Part shown: one piece after another, positions 41,609 through 51,747 of the stretch
How the letters are laid out: each line of letters begins with the position of its first letter
Numbering within the stretch: the stretch's first letter is position 1
Source of the DNA: an uncultured Veillonellaceae bacterium
GTDB lineage: Bacteria > Bacillota > Negativicutes > JARBTT01
Assembly (NCBI GenBank): GCA_963805085.1
Contig: CAWDTA010000002.1
Coordinates: 1,376,001-1,440,000, forward strand
Length of the DNA stretch: 64,000 bases
Direction: 5' to 3'
The notes under the pieces: model-generated
The model's database searches: none
What the model was told of the DNA's origin: nothing
Seen by the model: only the letters and a program-made list of their open reading frames with translations
Made by a program: the position numbers and the translations under genes

Positions 41609-43246
41609 TTATTGTGCATGATTTTCGGACTGTTGCCACTCAGTTACATACTCTGTGAGTACTATACGTAATTCACTTCCAATTTTGGCGTAGGCTTCAT
41701 CCTCTAGGTTGGCCAGCGATACTCTGATAGACCAGGGCGGTCCCCCAAATCCACCGCCGTGCAAAAGCACGATGGAAGACTGTTCAGCCAAACGAAACAA
41801 GATGTCCAAGGGGCTATAGTTATTCTTTAGGTAATCGGTAAATTCTTGTCCATAATTCAATATAGACCATTCTTCCATATCAAATTCGGTATAATAATCT
41901 GCGTCGTACGGAAGTTTCGGCTGTTGTAAACCGAGACCTTCATAAAGGAGCTTAATACGGCGATGGCAGATGTCCCTTGTCAATTGTTTATAGCTATCCT
42001 CGGAATCAAGTAGCGTAAAACCAGCGAATAGTGCCATCTGCACCTGTTGGGGTGTTGACAGGCCTGCCGTATGATTTAGGGCTACTTGTCTGCTGTCAGC
42101 AACTATGCGGTCAATAAACTTGAGATTTTCTGGGTGTTGTGTCATTAAGGCATAGCGTTCTTGGAGTGCACTGGCTTTTTCGGCAGTTAATCGATCCAAT
42201 AGTTTATCGAAAACATTACTCTCGTGAACAGCGATACTACCTAGCCGCCAACCTGTTGAACCAAAATACTTGGAAAATGAATACACGCCTATTGTATTAA
42301 ATGGCAAATCAGCTATTAAGGAGCGAAAGTTTTCCACAAATGTCCCATATACGTCATCAGAAATAATCATCAAGTCGGGGTTGTGTTTATGTACAATTTC
42401 GATAAGTCGTTGAATAGATTGCGGACTAATGGCTACTGATGGCGGATTGCTTGGGTTCACAAGAAATAATGCTTTTATTGATGAATCAGCGAGTTTATCA
42501 AGTTCCTTATCTGAATACTGCCAGGTATGTCTTCCGGTGGGATCAATTTCGTCAGCCTTAATTCGGATGACATCAAAGTCATAGGAAGCTAAGTGAGGAA
42601 TTTCAATATATGGAGGGAAAATCGGAGACATTATAGCAACCTTATCCCCGTGGGATAGCAAGTGATTTACTGTCAAAGAGGTAAAAATATAACACATTGC
42701 AGCGGTTGCCCCTTCTACAGCAAACAAATGATATTTGCCGGATGCTGGATTACTCTGACACATTTCCTTGATAAGGAAATCGTGAATGATCATTTCGACA
42801 TGGACTAGCATTCGCTCAGGCATTGGATAGTTGTCACCGGTAATCCCATCAACCAACTCATAAATCCAGTCATCGTCGATAAATCCGTGTACTAAAATGC
42901 CATAATCAATGAAGGCCTTAAGAAATCTTAGCCCGGGTGTCGGTGCGCTTTTTTTGATAAAAGTTTCAAAACGAGCCTGAATCTCGCATCTTTGTGGTTG
43001 CCCGGCAAGGTCTTGCTCTCCCCATATTCGTCGGCATTCCTCAATGGCGAAGTGTCCAAGCAGAAAAAAGGCCTCCCGAGGTGTTGCTGCAATCCAATTA
43101 GGATTGCCTCTACTAGCGTTGAGGAGGGTACGTGTATTCTTTTTTTTGCCTTCAGCAAAGCTTATTAGCTTGGACATAAATTCGAAAGGACTGAGCGTTT
43201 CATATGCTTTATCTGTAATCCGGTTCTTCTCGTAGTTGCGATTCAT
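41609..43246 (-). CDS. aspD: Aspartate 4-decarboxylase (bifunctional aminotransferase)
   Basis: LSPFEF, LNASRGNPNW, VYSFSKYFGSTGWRLG, DSRQVALNHTAGLSTPQQ. Confidence 0.93.
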   Translation of the reverse strand: MNRNYEKNRITDKAYETLSPFEFMSKLISFAEGKKKNTRTLLNASRGNPNWIAATPREAFFLLGHFAIEECRRIWGEQDLAGQPQRCEIQARFETFIKKSAPTPGLRFLKAFIDYGILVHGFIDDDWIYELVDGITGDNYPMPERMLVHVEMIIHDFLIKEMCQSNPASGKYHLFAVEGATAAMCYIFTSLTVNHLLSHGDKVAIMSPIFPPYIEIPHLASYDFDVIRIKADEIDPTGRHTWQYSDKELDKLADSSIKALFLVNPSNPPSVAISPQSIQRLIEIVHKHNPDLMIISDDVYGTFVENFRSLIADLPFNTIGVYSFSKYFGSTGWRLGSIAVHESNVFDKLLDRLTAEKASALQERYALMTQHPENLKFIDRIVADSRQVALNHTAGLSTPQQVQMALFAGFTLLDSEDSYKQLTRDICHRRIKLLYEGLGLQQPKLPYDADYYTEFDMEEWSILNYGQEFTDYLKNNYSPLDILFRLAEQSSIVLLHGGGFGGPPWSIRVSLANLEDEAYAKIGSELRIVLTEYVTEWQQSENHAQ

Positions 43247-43595
43247 CTGAATGAGGTTCCTCCTAAAAAACAATTAACCTAGTTTGATCAGGCCTGTTTT
43301 TATTATTTACGATATAGTTGAAAATATACGAACTCCGCTATAGATGAAAGATGAGTGTCAATCCAAAATTGCAGTATGCAAGCCAAAGAGCGCGGGGACA
43401 GGGGGATGCATCAAAAATTCGGACACTATCTTGTATGTTGAATTTTTGATAAATCATGACAAAGGTTCGAGAAAGCATTCGTTTGTCTCCGAAATACAAA
43501 AGACCATATTTTAAGCTAGCCATGATTGCTCACGATTCTTCATATTTTTGACGTAGACACATATGATGTTCTAGTAAGAGGTGTGGGAGGGGAAT

Positions 43596-44312
43596 ATGCT
43601 CAACCTATGGTTTTTAAATATAAATAAGACTAGAATATTTTATAGTGTGGCTATTTTCATATTATTTGGCGCTATTCTGGCAGCAATCTTCTTTGATTAC
43701 ATTGACGAACAAGAACTGGCTAGTATAGATAACCAAACGAATATTCCTACAGGGCAAGTTAGCATTATTATTCATGTAAATCAGCAGACGCTAGAAGTAT
43801 ACAGTGATGGACAATTACATAAAAAGTATCGTATAGCTGTGGGAAAAAGCAACACTCCTACGCCTATTGGGGAATGGAATATTGTATGGAAAGCCTATAA
43901 TTGGGGAACGGGGTTTGGCACACGCTGGATGGGGTTAAATGTTCCTTGGGGAATTTACGGAATTCATGGTACTAATAAGCCATGGTCAATTGGTCAATTT
44001 GCCAGTCATGGCTGTATTCGGATGCGTAATAGAGACGTAGAGGAATTGTTTGAATGGGTTCCTATTGGTACCCCGGTAACTATTGAAGGCAGAAAAATAA
44101 AAATTAGAAGAGTTTTAAAATACCAAATGACTGGTTCGGATGTAGCAATACTGCAAATGAAGTTGAGAGAATTAGGATATTTAGAGACACGAGCAGACGG
44201 TATCTTTGGTCTGGTAACCGATGAAGCTATAAAAAAATTTCAAGCAGAACATGGTATTGAGGCTAATGGTATTGTTGATAAGCAAGTGCTGGAGCTATTA
44301 GGATTTTTATAG
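43596..44312 (+). CDS. L,D-transpeptidase (YkuD) with C-terminal peptidoglycan-binding domain
   Basis: YGIHGTN..ASHGCIRM; ADGIFG..AIKKFQ. Confidence 0.92.
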   Translation: MLNLWFLNINKTRIFYSVAIFILFGAILAAIFFDYIDEQELASIDNQTNIPTGQVSIIIHVNQQTLEVYSDGQLHKKYRIAVGKSNTPTPIGEWNIVWKAYNWGTGFGTRWMGLNVPWGIYGIHGTNKPWSIGQFASHGCIRMRNRDVEELFEWVPIGTPVTIEGRKIKIRRVLKYQMTGSDVAILQMKLRELGYLETRADGIFGLVTDEAIKKFQAEHGIEANGIVDKQVLELLGFL

Positions 44313-44476
44313 ATATTTTTTATACCGTTCTTAAGGGATTATTTTAAAAATAGCACCATAAACTACTATCCACTTTTTGTTAAAAAGTGCTTATCATTAT
44401 CAGTAAAATTACCGATAAATATAGTGATGGATCAAAAATTACAATAAATGGAGTTAGTAAAAGGAGATGTACTTTT

Positions 44477-44950
44477 ATGAGTGGTGTTAACGGCATCAGT
44501 TCTACTACTGCCGCGTGGAGTAATCTTAACTCTACCGGCAGTACAAGTACAAAAACTTCGAGCGACAGTAAATGGATTGATAAATTGCATGAGATTATCA
44601 ACGGTACTTCTGGTAGTAGTGATAGTGGTAGCAGTAATGGCAGCAAGACGACAATTGAACGCACTGTATCTGCAGGACCAGGTGGATCGATGATTGTTAC
44701 CCTTACACAAGTAACTACAGCAGCAAACGGATCTCGAACTTCAAAAGTTATAAGCAAAACAAAAATGGGTGGATCAACTGATGGTAAAATAGGTGGAAAG
44801 TCTAACAATGGTATTTCATTCACCAATGCACAAGCGCAGGGAATCATGGCAAAAAATAGTATAACATCTAATCATGCCAGCAATGAATATGAGAAAAATA
44901 GTGATATAGGTGCTTATGTTTCAGGAGCGGCTTTAATAAAAGAACGTTAA
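44477..44950 (+). CDS. Ser/Gly/Thr-rich hypothetical protein
   Basis: RBS AAGGAG; low-complexity composition; terminator follows. Confidence 0.6.
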   Translation: MSGVNGISSTTAAWSNLNSTGSTSTKTSSDSKWIDKLHEIINGTSGSSDSGSSNGSKTTIERTVSAGPGGSMIVTLTQVTTAANGSRTSKVISKTKMGGSTDGKIGGKSNNGISFTNAQAQGIMAKNSITSNHASNEYEKNSDIGAYVSGAALIKER

Positions 44951-44954
44951 ACAA

Positions 44955-45008
44955 AAAAACTTACCCCCAGATTATGCATAAGATGCTTTGCTTTGGGGGT
45001 AAGTTTTT
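44955..45008 (+). terminator. Rho-independent terminator
   Basis: AAAAACTTACCCCCA..TGGGGGTAAGTTTTT. Confidence 0.7.
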
Positions 45009-45260
45009 CTGATATGGTATATAAATAGATACTAGGCCACAATTAAGTGCGTACTTGTAGAAAAAGATAATATGTTTTAAATTATATCTGAGAGTATTTC
45101 TGGAGAAAATGTAAGGCGAGGATTCTGTTTAGAAAATGGAATGATTATGTAACGATTCTAAATGGAAAGGGTCGCAATTGCATTTTTTATCAGTTGCTGT
45201 TTAAAAATAGGCAGGTTCATAAATCTTGAGAATGCCTAAATTAATAAGGGGGAAAAGTAT

Positions 45261-45560
45261 ATGATTATTCTGGTTGCTGCTATGAAAGCGAAACAAGGTA
45301 GAGAAGCTGAACTTGAGGCTGCCTTGAAATCGGTAATACCAAAGGTCGAACTTGAAAAAGGCACACTTAAGTACGTGTTACATCGTGCGCAGGACGATGC
45401 GGGTCAATTTCTTTTTTATGAAAAATATGCTGATAAAGAAGCCCTTGATTTCCACGGTTCTACACCTTATCTGAAAGAATTATTTAGTACCATTCCTGAG
45501 TTATTGGCTGAAAAGCCATCTGTTACTTTATATGAAGAAGTTGCGGCCGCAAAAAAATAA
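45261..45560 (+). CDS. Putative quinol monooxygenase (ABM domain)
   Basis: EKGTLKYVLH..FLFYEKYAD..H pattern. Confidence 0.9.
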   Translation: MIILVAAMKAKQGREAELEAALKSVIPKVELEKGTLKYVLHRAQDDAGQFLFYEKYADKEALDFHGSTPYLKELFSTIPELLAEKPSVTLYEEVAAAKK

Positions 45561-45656
45561 TGTTTTGCCGCTGCAAAAATATTCAGATTGGAATCAATTC
45601 TGGTCGAAGTATGTAATTTTAAGAAGTAACCGTTATATGATTAAGCTATAGGGGGA

Positions 45657-46301
45657 ATGAGCATGGAAGTGCAAAACTGGCATAAAGAGGCAATCGGAAA
45701 AAAGGTCGTCGAAACTTTAATAAAAAACGAATTTGATGCTGTGTATGTATCAACGGCCGAGGAAGCGGCGACTTTTATCATGGATCATGTAAAACCTGAA
45801 ACTAAAGTCGGGTTTGGCGGGTCAATGACGATAAAAAATATGGGAATTCAAGATAAAGTGAAAGCAGTCGGCGGCACAGTTTTGGATCACGGGGAACCCG
45901 ATCTCACGAGGGAAGAAAGGGTAGCTGTCGCAAGAGAAGAATTGTTAAGTGATTTATACCTATGCAGCAGCAATGCAATTACGTTGGACGGCAAGCTTGT
46001 CAATATAGACGGAATGGGAAATCGAGTCAGTGCACTGAGTTTTGGTCCTAAAAAAGTAATCGTGGTCGTTAGTACAGATAAAATATGTAAAGATGAAAAA
46101 GCGGCCTTTGAAAGATTAGAAGGCATTGCGGCGCCGATGAACAATAAAAGATTGGACACCGAAAACCCATGTACAAAAACAGGGGGATGTGTCAATTGTC
46201 AAACTAAAACCAGAATATGCAGAGTCTATTCGGTAATAAGGAAGAAGCCGGTAGCAGCGGATATCTCTGTAATCATTATGGGGGAGAGTGCTGGATACTA
46301 A
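45657..46301 (+). CDS. LUD-domain (lactate utilization) protein
   Basis: VGFGGSMT, SSNAITLDGKLVNIDGMGNRV, C-terminal Cys cluster. Confidence 0.88.
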   Translation: MSMEVQNWHKEAIGKKVVETLIKNEFDAVYVSTAEEAATFIMDHVKPETKVGFGGSMTIKNMGIQDKVKAVGGTVLDHGEPDLTREERVAVAREELLSDLYLCSSNAITLDGKLVNIDGMGNRVSALSFGPKKVIVVVSTDKICKDEKAAFERLEGIAAPMNNKRLDTENPCTKTGGCVNCQTKTRICRVYSVIRKKPVAADISVIIMGESAGY

Positions 46302-46395
46302 GGTTATAAGCGTGTTGTAGGTAGCCTTTGTTCAATTGATAGACGAGGGCTGCTTGACTCATGCGCTAGGAAAGATTATAATGAATGTCAAATAA

Positions 46396-46407
46396 GTGTA
46401 TATGCAC
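46396..46407. promoter_or_regulatory. Putative MarR operator, site 1
   Basis: GTGTATATGCAC upstream of marR; twin site at 46940. Confidence 0.6.
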
Positions 46408-46433
46408 ATAAAAGCAAAGACAGGAAAAAAGTT

Positions 46434-46877
46434 ATGAAAAATATCAATCAAGTTTATCCTAAAGAATCTAGTCCGTGTAATTGTATGAATATTCGCCGGG
46501 CTTCTCGGGCTGTTACACAGTTTTATGATGAAGTCTTAAAACCGAGTGGCCTTACCATTAGTCAAATGGGATTGCTACGACACATTGAGGTTGCGGAAAA
46601 GATTACGATTAGTGACTTAGCAAAGATGATGCGTATTGACCGTACGACTCTAAACCGTAATATGAAGCCATTAGATGATACAGGATTGCTTGTGATTAAA
46701 ACGGGGGAAGATTCCCGTACCCGACAAATATCGCTTACAGATGAAGGAAAAGTTGCAGTTGATAATGCATGGAAACTGTGGGGAGAGGCACAGTCTTCGC
46801 TGAAAGAATATCTTGGCAAAGAGGATTTAGGTAAACTTACACAGTTACTAGCAAAGTTAGAGGCAATAATTCCTTAA
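46434..46877 (+). CDS. MarR-family regulator
   Basis: CNCMNIRRASRAVTQFYD, IDRTTLNRN. Confidence 0.92.
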   Translation: MKNINQVYPKESSPCNCMNIRRASRAVTQFYDEVLKPSGLTISQMGLLRHIEVAEKITISDLAKMMRIDRTTLNRNMKPLDDTGLLVIKTGEDSRTRQISLTDEGKVAVDNAWKLWGEAQSSLKEYLGKEDLGKLTQLLAKLEAIIP

Positions 46878-46939
46878 GTAAAAATTAAATAAACCCATTA
46901 AAAATGTTTTAATACTAAAACATTTTTATAATAAAAATA

Positions 46940-46951
46940 GTGTATATACAC
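46940..46951. promoter_or_regulatory. Putative MarR operator, site 2
   Basis: Perfect palindrome GTGTATATACAC. Confidence 0.6.
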
Positions 46952-46981
46952 GTAATAGAAAATTACAAGGAGGCATATTAA

Positions 46982-47830
46982 GTGGAAGATTTAATTAGAG
47001 ATCAAGTTAAGAAGTATGTGTTGGAAGGTGAAAATAACTGGTTTTCGGAGATTGATGACCATTGGTTCGATGAACCTATTGTACAATTTGCATCTGCAGA
47101 TGATCCTTTATTCAAAGAATACAAAGAAATCATTGGCCAATATCATCTAACACCCAAAGAAATTTTTGAGTTATCGCTTGGCACAGGCAGTTATCAGGGA
47201 GGAACGGTCATAAGTGTCGTACTGCCAATAAACGAAAAAATTAGAGAAAGTAATGGCAGGCAAACAATATGGCCATCCAAAGAATGGGCGTTGCTGCGTA
47301 CGCATGAGAAAAAATATTTTGCGGATTTTACTAATTTTTTGAAAGATTTATTGCAGAGTAGAGGATACAGATCTGTAGCGCCATGCCATTCAGAGTGGTT
47401 TAAAATGGTAAATGAGCCCAAAGGACCATCGTCAAACTGGTCAGAACGGCATATTGCCTATGCGGCAGGTCTTGGAACTTTTTCAATAAACGATGCTTTC
47501 ATTACCGAAAAAGGGATTGCAGTAGAGCTGCTTTCCGTTGTAACAGAATTAAAGTTAACACCTGATCGTAGAGAGGCTAAAAATCATACCGAAAACTGCT
47601 TGCTGTGCAGTAAGGGGATTTGTGGGGCTTGTATTAAACGGTGCCCTGTAAATGCGATATCTGTGGAAGGACATGATAAGATAAAATGTTATAACTATGC
47701 GTATGGTGAGGAAGCAAAGAAACTAGCAGAATCTTATGGGGGAAATCCAGCGGTAGGAGCAGGCTGTGGATTATGTCGGACAAAAGTTCCTTGCCAAAGT
47801 AGAAATCCAATGAAAAGTAATTTGAAATAA
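46982..47830 (+). CDS. Epoxyqueuosine-reductase-like 4Fe-4S protein
   Basis: WSERHIAYAAGLG; CGACIKRCP; CGLCRTKVPC. Confidence 0.85.
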   Translation: MEDLIRDQVKKYVLEGENNWFSEIDDHWFDEPIVQFASADDPLFKEYKEIIGQYHLTPKEIFELSLGTGSYQGGTVISVVLPINEKIRESNGRQTIWPSKEWALLRTHEKKYFADFTNFLKDLLQSRGYRSVAPCHSEWFKMVNEPKGPSSNWSERHIAYAAGLGTFSINDAFITEKGIAVELLSVVTELKLTPDRREAKNHTENCLLCSKGICGACIKRCPVNAISVEGHDKIKCYNYAYGEEAKKLAESYGGNPAVGAGCGLCRTKVPCQSRNPMKSNLK

Positions 47831-48070
47831 ATAGATTGCGAGTGGGTGATACATTAAATTTCCATTAACAAGCTGGTGTGGTTAACGTTTCCACGTCAAA
47901 TTTGTATTAGCTTTCAATCAGTCTGATATAATTTCATTGTTTTGGTTCCAGCAATAGAATGGAGAAAGCGTGTTATCGTGAAATTTGATAAATTAGTTGA
48001 TCTTAAGTAAGTCAAACATAAAACAAGATTCCAGGAGAGATGTTCCTTTATTAGCATGAACGCTAAAAGA

Positions 48071-48139
48071 AGAAATTTTCACTGTTTATCAATGATTGCC
48101 GATGGATATGTTTTAGAAGGAAAGTTAAGACAGTGTTAA
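48071..48139 (+). repeat. Second copy of the yyaL 3' end (26222-26290)
   Basis: 69-bp ungapped alignment; 31 bp ATGTTTTAGAAGGAAAGTTAAGACAGTGTTA identical. Confidence 0.92.
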
Positions 48140-48144
48140 ATTTC

Positions 48145-48280
48145 AATAGAATATAAAGAGTAAAAAGTAAACTACTGCTAAATTTGTATTATTTAGCAGT
48201 AGTTTACTTTTTTACGAGAATATGTAGGTTTCGTATCAAAAAAACGAAGGCAGGCAAGAGGGGAAGAGCGTCTCACCTGT
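48145..48280 (+). repeat. Co-oriented intergenic repeat, copy 15
   Basis: AATAGAATATAAA..GTAAACTACTGCTAAAT..ATTTAGCAGTAGTTTAC..GAGAATATGTA..CACCTGT. Confidence 0.85.
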
Positions 48281-48324
48281 ACAAACGCTTTCGTTCTTAG
48301 TACAGTTGTATAAGCGTAATGCTT

Positions 48325-49812
48325 TTATTTTTCTGGATAGAAGCCTGAAGGTTCTTCGGAAAGATTAATCATGATATTTTTCATCTGTGTATAGTGATCT
48401 AGAATTACTTTGTGTGTTTCTCGTCCTATACCAGATTGTTTATAGCCACCAAATGGTGCTCCTTCAGGGATCGCATTATAAGTATTGACCCACATACGAC
48501 CAGTGTCAATAGAGCGGGCTACACGAATCGCGCGATTGATATCTCTTGTCCAAACTGCGCCACCAAGACCAAAGATACTGTCGTTTGCCATCTCGATGAC
48601 ATCAGCCTCATCTTTAAACTTAATCACAACAGCAACAGGTCCGAATATTTCTTCTTGAGCAACGCGCATATTATTGGTTACATTCACTAAGAGTGTTGGA
48701 CGTAAGAAACAGCCTTTACTCATATCACCGTCAGTTATTCGTTCTCCACCGCAAGCAACGATTGCTCCTTCAGCTTTACCGAGTTCAATACATTCAAGGA
48801 CTTTTTTCACCTGAGACTCATTGACTTGTGCCCCCATTTGCGTATCTTTATCCCAAGGCATACCGACTTTTACCGCATTGAAACGTTTTACGGCTTCTTC
48901 GACAAATTTATCATAAATATCTTCTTGCACGAAAACGCGTGAGCCTGCGCAGCATACTTGTCCCTGATTAAATAAGATACCAAGCTGCACACCATCCATT
49001 GCCATATCCCATTTGCAATCATTGAAGAAAATATTTGCCGATTTACCGCCTAATTCTAATGTGGATGGAATGATTTTATCCGCAGCGGCTCTAGCAACAG
49101 ATAAGCCGATATCTGTTGAACCAGTGAATGCAAGCTTGCTAAAACATGGGTGGTCAAGAATATACTGTCCGGATCTAGAACCAGAACCAGTAATGACATT
49201 AAATACCCCCGCCGGAATAACATCTTGAATTAATTTGGCTAATTCTAAAATACTTAATGACGTTGTACTAGACGGTTTAAATACAGTACAACAGCCACTT
49301 GCTAAAACAGGTGCTAATTTCCATGCTCCCATGAGAAATGGAAAATTCCAAGGAACAATTTGTCCAACAACGCCAATTGGTTCACGGAGAATAAGACTAA
49401 GCATCTTATCTCCGAGCATATTTGCACTGCCTTCTTCCGCCATAATACAACCGGCAAAATAGCGGAAATGCTGCGCGGCTAAAGGAATATCGATTGCCAG
49501 TGTTTCACGAATCGGTTTTCCATTATCTAAAGATTCAACCATGGCCAAGTGTTCAGCGTTTGCATCAATGATGTCAGCAATTTTGTTTAGAATTGCTGCA
49601 CGCTCATTGGTTGTAGTTTTTTTCCAAAGTTTAAATGCTTTCCATGCAACTTCAACAGCTTCATCCACATCTTCTTTTGTCGCTTGAGCGCATTTGGCAA
49701 GTAATTTGCCATTTGCAGGACAAGTGGTTTTAAATTCAGCGCCATCAGAAGCATCTTTCCACTGACCGTTAATAAATAATTGATACTTATCCTGGATTTC
49801 TACTGATTTCAT
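48325..49812 (-). CDS. Aldehyde dehydrogenase
   Basis: IVPWNFP, FTGST, LELGGKS, GQVCCAGS, EEIFGPV, PFGGYKQSGIGRE. Confidence 0.95.
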   Translation of the reverse strand: MKSVEIQDKYQLFINGQWKDASDGAEFKTTCPANGKLLAKCAQATKEDVDEAVEVAWKAFKLWKKTTTNERAAILNKIADIIDANAEHLAMVESLDNGKPIRETLAIDIPLAAQHFRYFAGCIMAEEGSANMLGDKMLSLILREPIGVVGQIVPWNFPFLMGAWKLAPVLASGCCTVFKPSSTTSLSILELAKLIQDVIPAGVFNVITGSGSRSGQYILDHPCFSKLAFTGSTDIGLSVARAAADKIIPSTLELGGKSANIFFNDCKWDMAMDGVQLGILFNQGQVCCAGSRVFVQEDIYDKFVEEAVKRFNAVKVGMPWDKDTQMGAQVNESQVKKVLECIELGKAEGAIVACGGERITDGDMSKGCFLRPTLLVNVTNNMRVAQEEIFGPVAVVIKFKDEADVIEMANDSIFGLGGAVWTRDINRAIRVARSIDTGRMWVNTYNAIPEGAPFGGYKQSGIGRETHKVILDHYTQMKNIMINLSEEPSGFYPEK

Positions 49813-50026
49813 AATATTCCCACCTCTTCAAAATAAATAATTAATTAACTAATTAAAGAAAGAATATCACGTATAGTTTAATTATTCAATAGTTAGAAAA
49901 TATTGTATATATAATTTTGGTGCATACGATGATAGCTAAAATTTATATGCAGAGAGACGGTACTGTGCTCTAGTATGTTTTAGAAGAATAAAAAGATGTC
50001 GTCCCTTTATCGTTACATATAGCAGT

Positions 50027-50120
50027 AAAAAACTATTACGGATTTTTGTATGAATTTGGCGGGCGTTTAAGCTTATATGAGACTATGTAATTTTAACGTT
50101 AGAAGGTAATGAGAAGGTGA
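50027..50120 (+). repeat. Co-oriented intergenic repeat, copy 16 (degenerate)
   Basis: TTTTGTATGAATTTGGCGGGCGTTTAAGCTTATATGAGACTATGTAATTTTAA. Confidence 0.8.
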
Positions 50121-50277
50121 TAGAAAGTCTCTGCTTAAAACCTATAGAAGAGTTAAAGAGATAGAGTTTATTGATACTATAAAAAATATTTATGCTGATA
50201 AAAAAAAATTGTATCTCCCGCAGAGTAAAATGAAAATATAGAAGAAGCTACTGAATTCATGAAATCAATGTAAAATA

Positions 50278-50420
50278 CTTAGATATCGATTGATTACATG
50301 AAAAGGTGCTGCAGCTTTTTATCAAAGAATTTCAATATTATTGGATGATGGTTATGAATTATATGGATCATCAGCAAGTACTTTTAACGGAATGGATGTC
50401 ATTGTGATTAAGGTAGCAGC
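50278..50420 (+). pseudogene. DUF1737-like protein remnant
   Basis: LRYRLIT*KGAAAFYQRISILLDDGYELYGSSASTFNG. Confidence 0.55.
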
Positions 50421-50621
50421 CAAGATGTTTGCACTCACATCACGCAGGTACGGTCAAGATAACCTTTCGTAATGTGATCCTGAGTATTCTGAGGTATTAA
50501 GATAACAATATCCAAGCATAGTACCTCCTTATTTAGTACTTACATTTAGCATATCCAAAAGATATATCAAAATTCTTCAAAAATTTTTGTTTCGCTCATT
50601 AAAGTGCTATATTTTGATAGC

Positions 50622-50722
50622 TTTCGTATGAATTTGGCAGGATTTTTGAGCTTTTATGAGAATATGTAATTTTAATATCAAAAGTTTGATGGCAAGGTAA
50701 CAGTAAAGAAATGTACCTATTG
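50622..50722 (+). repeat. Co-oriented intergenic repeat, copy 17 (5'-truncated)
   Basis: GTATGAATTTGGCAGGATTTTTGAGCTTTTATGAGAATATGTAATTTTAATATCAAAAGTTTGATGGCAAGGT. Confidence 0.9.
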
Positions 50723-50858
50723 TTTTCCTGGACTTTCATTGAAAAATCAGAAAGAATTACTGTGTCAAAAGTAAGCATTTAAGAATAGAACAGTAATGAT
50801 TGAAACATTTTAATAATAGCGAGCTTTAAGAAACCATTTGAGGAAGGACTAATGCCCA

Positions 50859-51671
50859 ATGAAAATTATTGATGCACATATCCATTTCTGCCAAGAACCT
50901 TATTTTGACGACATTGCAGAATTGGCAGGACATAAAAATACCAATGCACATCTGAAAGAGCAATATGCTGAGAACAACATTGTTCATGGTGTGATCATGG
51001 GCAATCGGAGTCTGCAATTAAGCGAACACGATTATCCTGACAATCTTAGCTACTGCATTGGGCTCGATAGCAACTGTTTCAAAGAGGAAGAGGTCGTGCA
51101 GCAGGCTTATTTAGTAGAAAAACATTTGCAAAGAAAGAATTGCGTGGGTATTAAGCTATATCCGGGCTATAATCACTTTTATGTTTACGATTCTGTGCTT
51201 GACCCGTTTTATCGACTAGCAATACAGTATAAAAAACCAGTAGCTATTCATACCGGATTGACAGCGACCAGCAATGCGCTGTTAAAATATAGTCATCCTA
51301 TGACTTTGGATGAGGTAGCGGTACGCTATCCTCAGGTTCAGTTTGTCATGTGTCATATTGGAAATCCTTGGATAGTAGACGCTATCGCGGTCATTGAGAA
51401 AAATAAAAATGTAGCTGCCGATCTTTCGGGAATTTTAGAAGGCCGAATTGATAACATGCAGGATTTTTTTGAAAAAAAACGCGGATATATTAACTTCCTA
51501 AAATTATGGCTGGAATACTTGGATAACTACGACCGCCTGCTATACGGGACAGATTGGCCACTGGCTAACATTTCGAATTATATTGAGTTTGTCGCGCATA
51601 TTATTCCAGAAAAATATCATGACAAAGTGTTTTTTGAAAATGCCAACAGGATTTATAATCTTGGTCTTTGA
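50859..51671 (+). CDS. Amidohydrolase-family protein
   Basis: IIDAHIH, GIKLYPGY, IHTG, LYGTDWP. Confidence 0.92.
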   Translation: MKIIDAHIHFCQEPYFDDIAELAGHKNTNAHLKEQYAENNIVHGVIMGNRSLQLSEHDYPDNLSYCIGLDSNCFKEEEVVQQAYLVEKHLQRKNCVGIKLYPGYNHFYVYDSVLDPFYRLAIQYKKPVAIHTGLTATSNALLKYSHPMTLDEVAVRYPQVQFVMCHIGNPWIVDAIAVIEKNKNVAADLSGILEGRIDNMQDFFEKKRGYINFLKLWLEYLDNYDRLLYGTDWPLANISNYIEFVAHIIPEKYHDKVFFENANRIYNLGL

Positions 51672-51747
51672 GAAGTATAAATGCTAGTGATCCCCCACAA
51701 CAAAAACTGATATATAGGGGCGGCAGAAGGGTCTTTTTACAGTGCTT

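Noticed and set aside
44380-44847. Antisense and alternate-frame ORFs inside longer genes throughout the track
   Set aside because: Shadow ORFs of well-supported genes, with no motifs or RBS.
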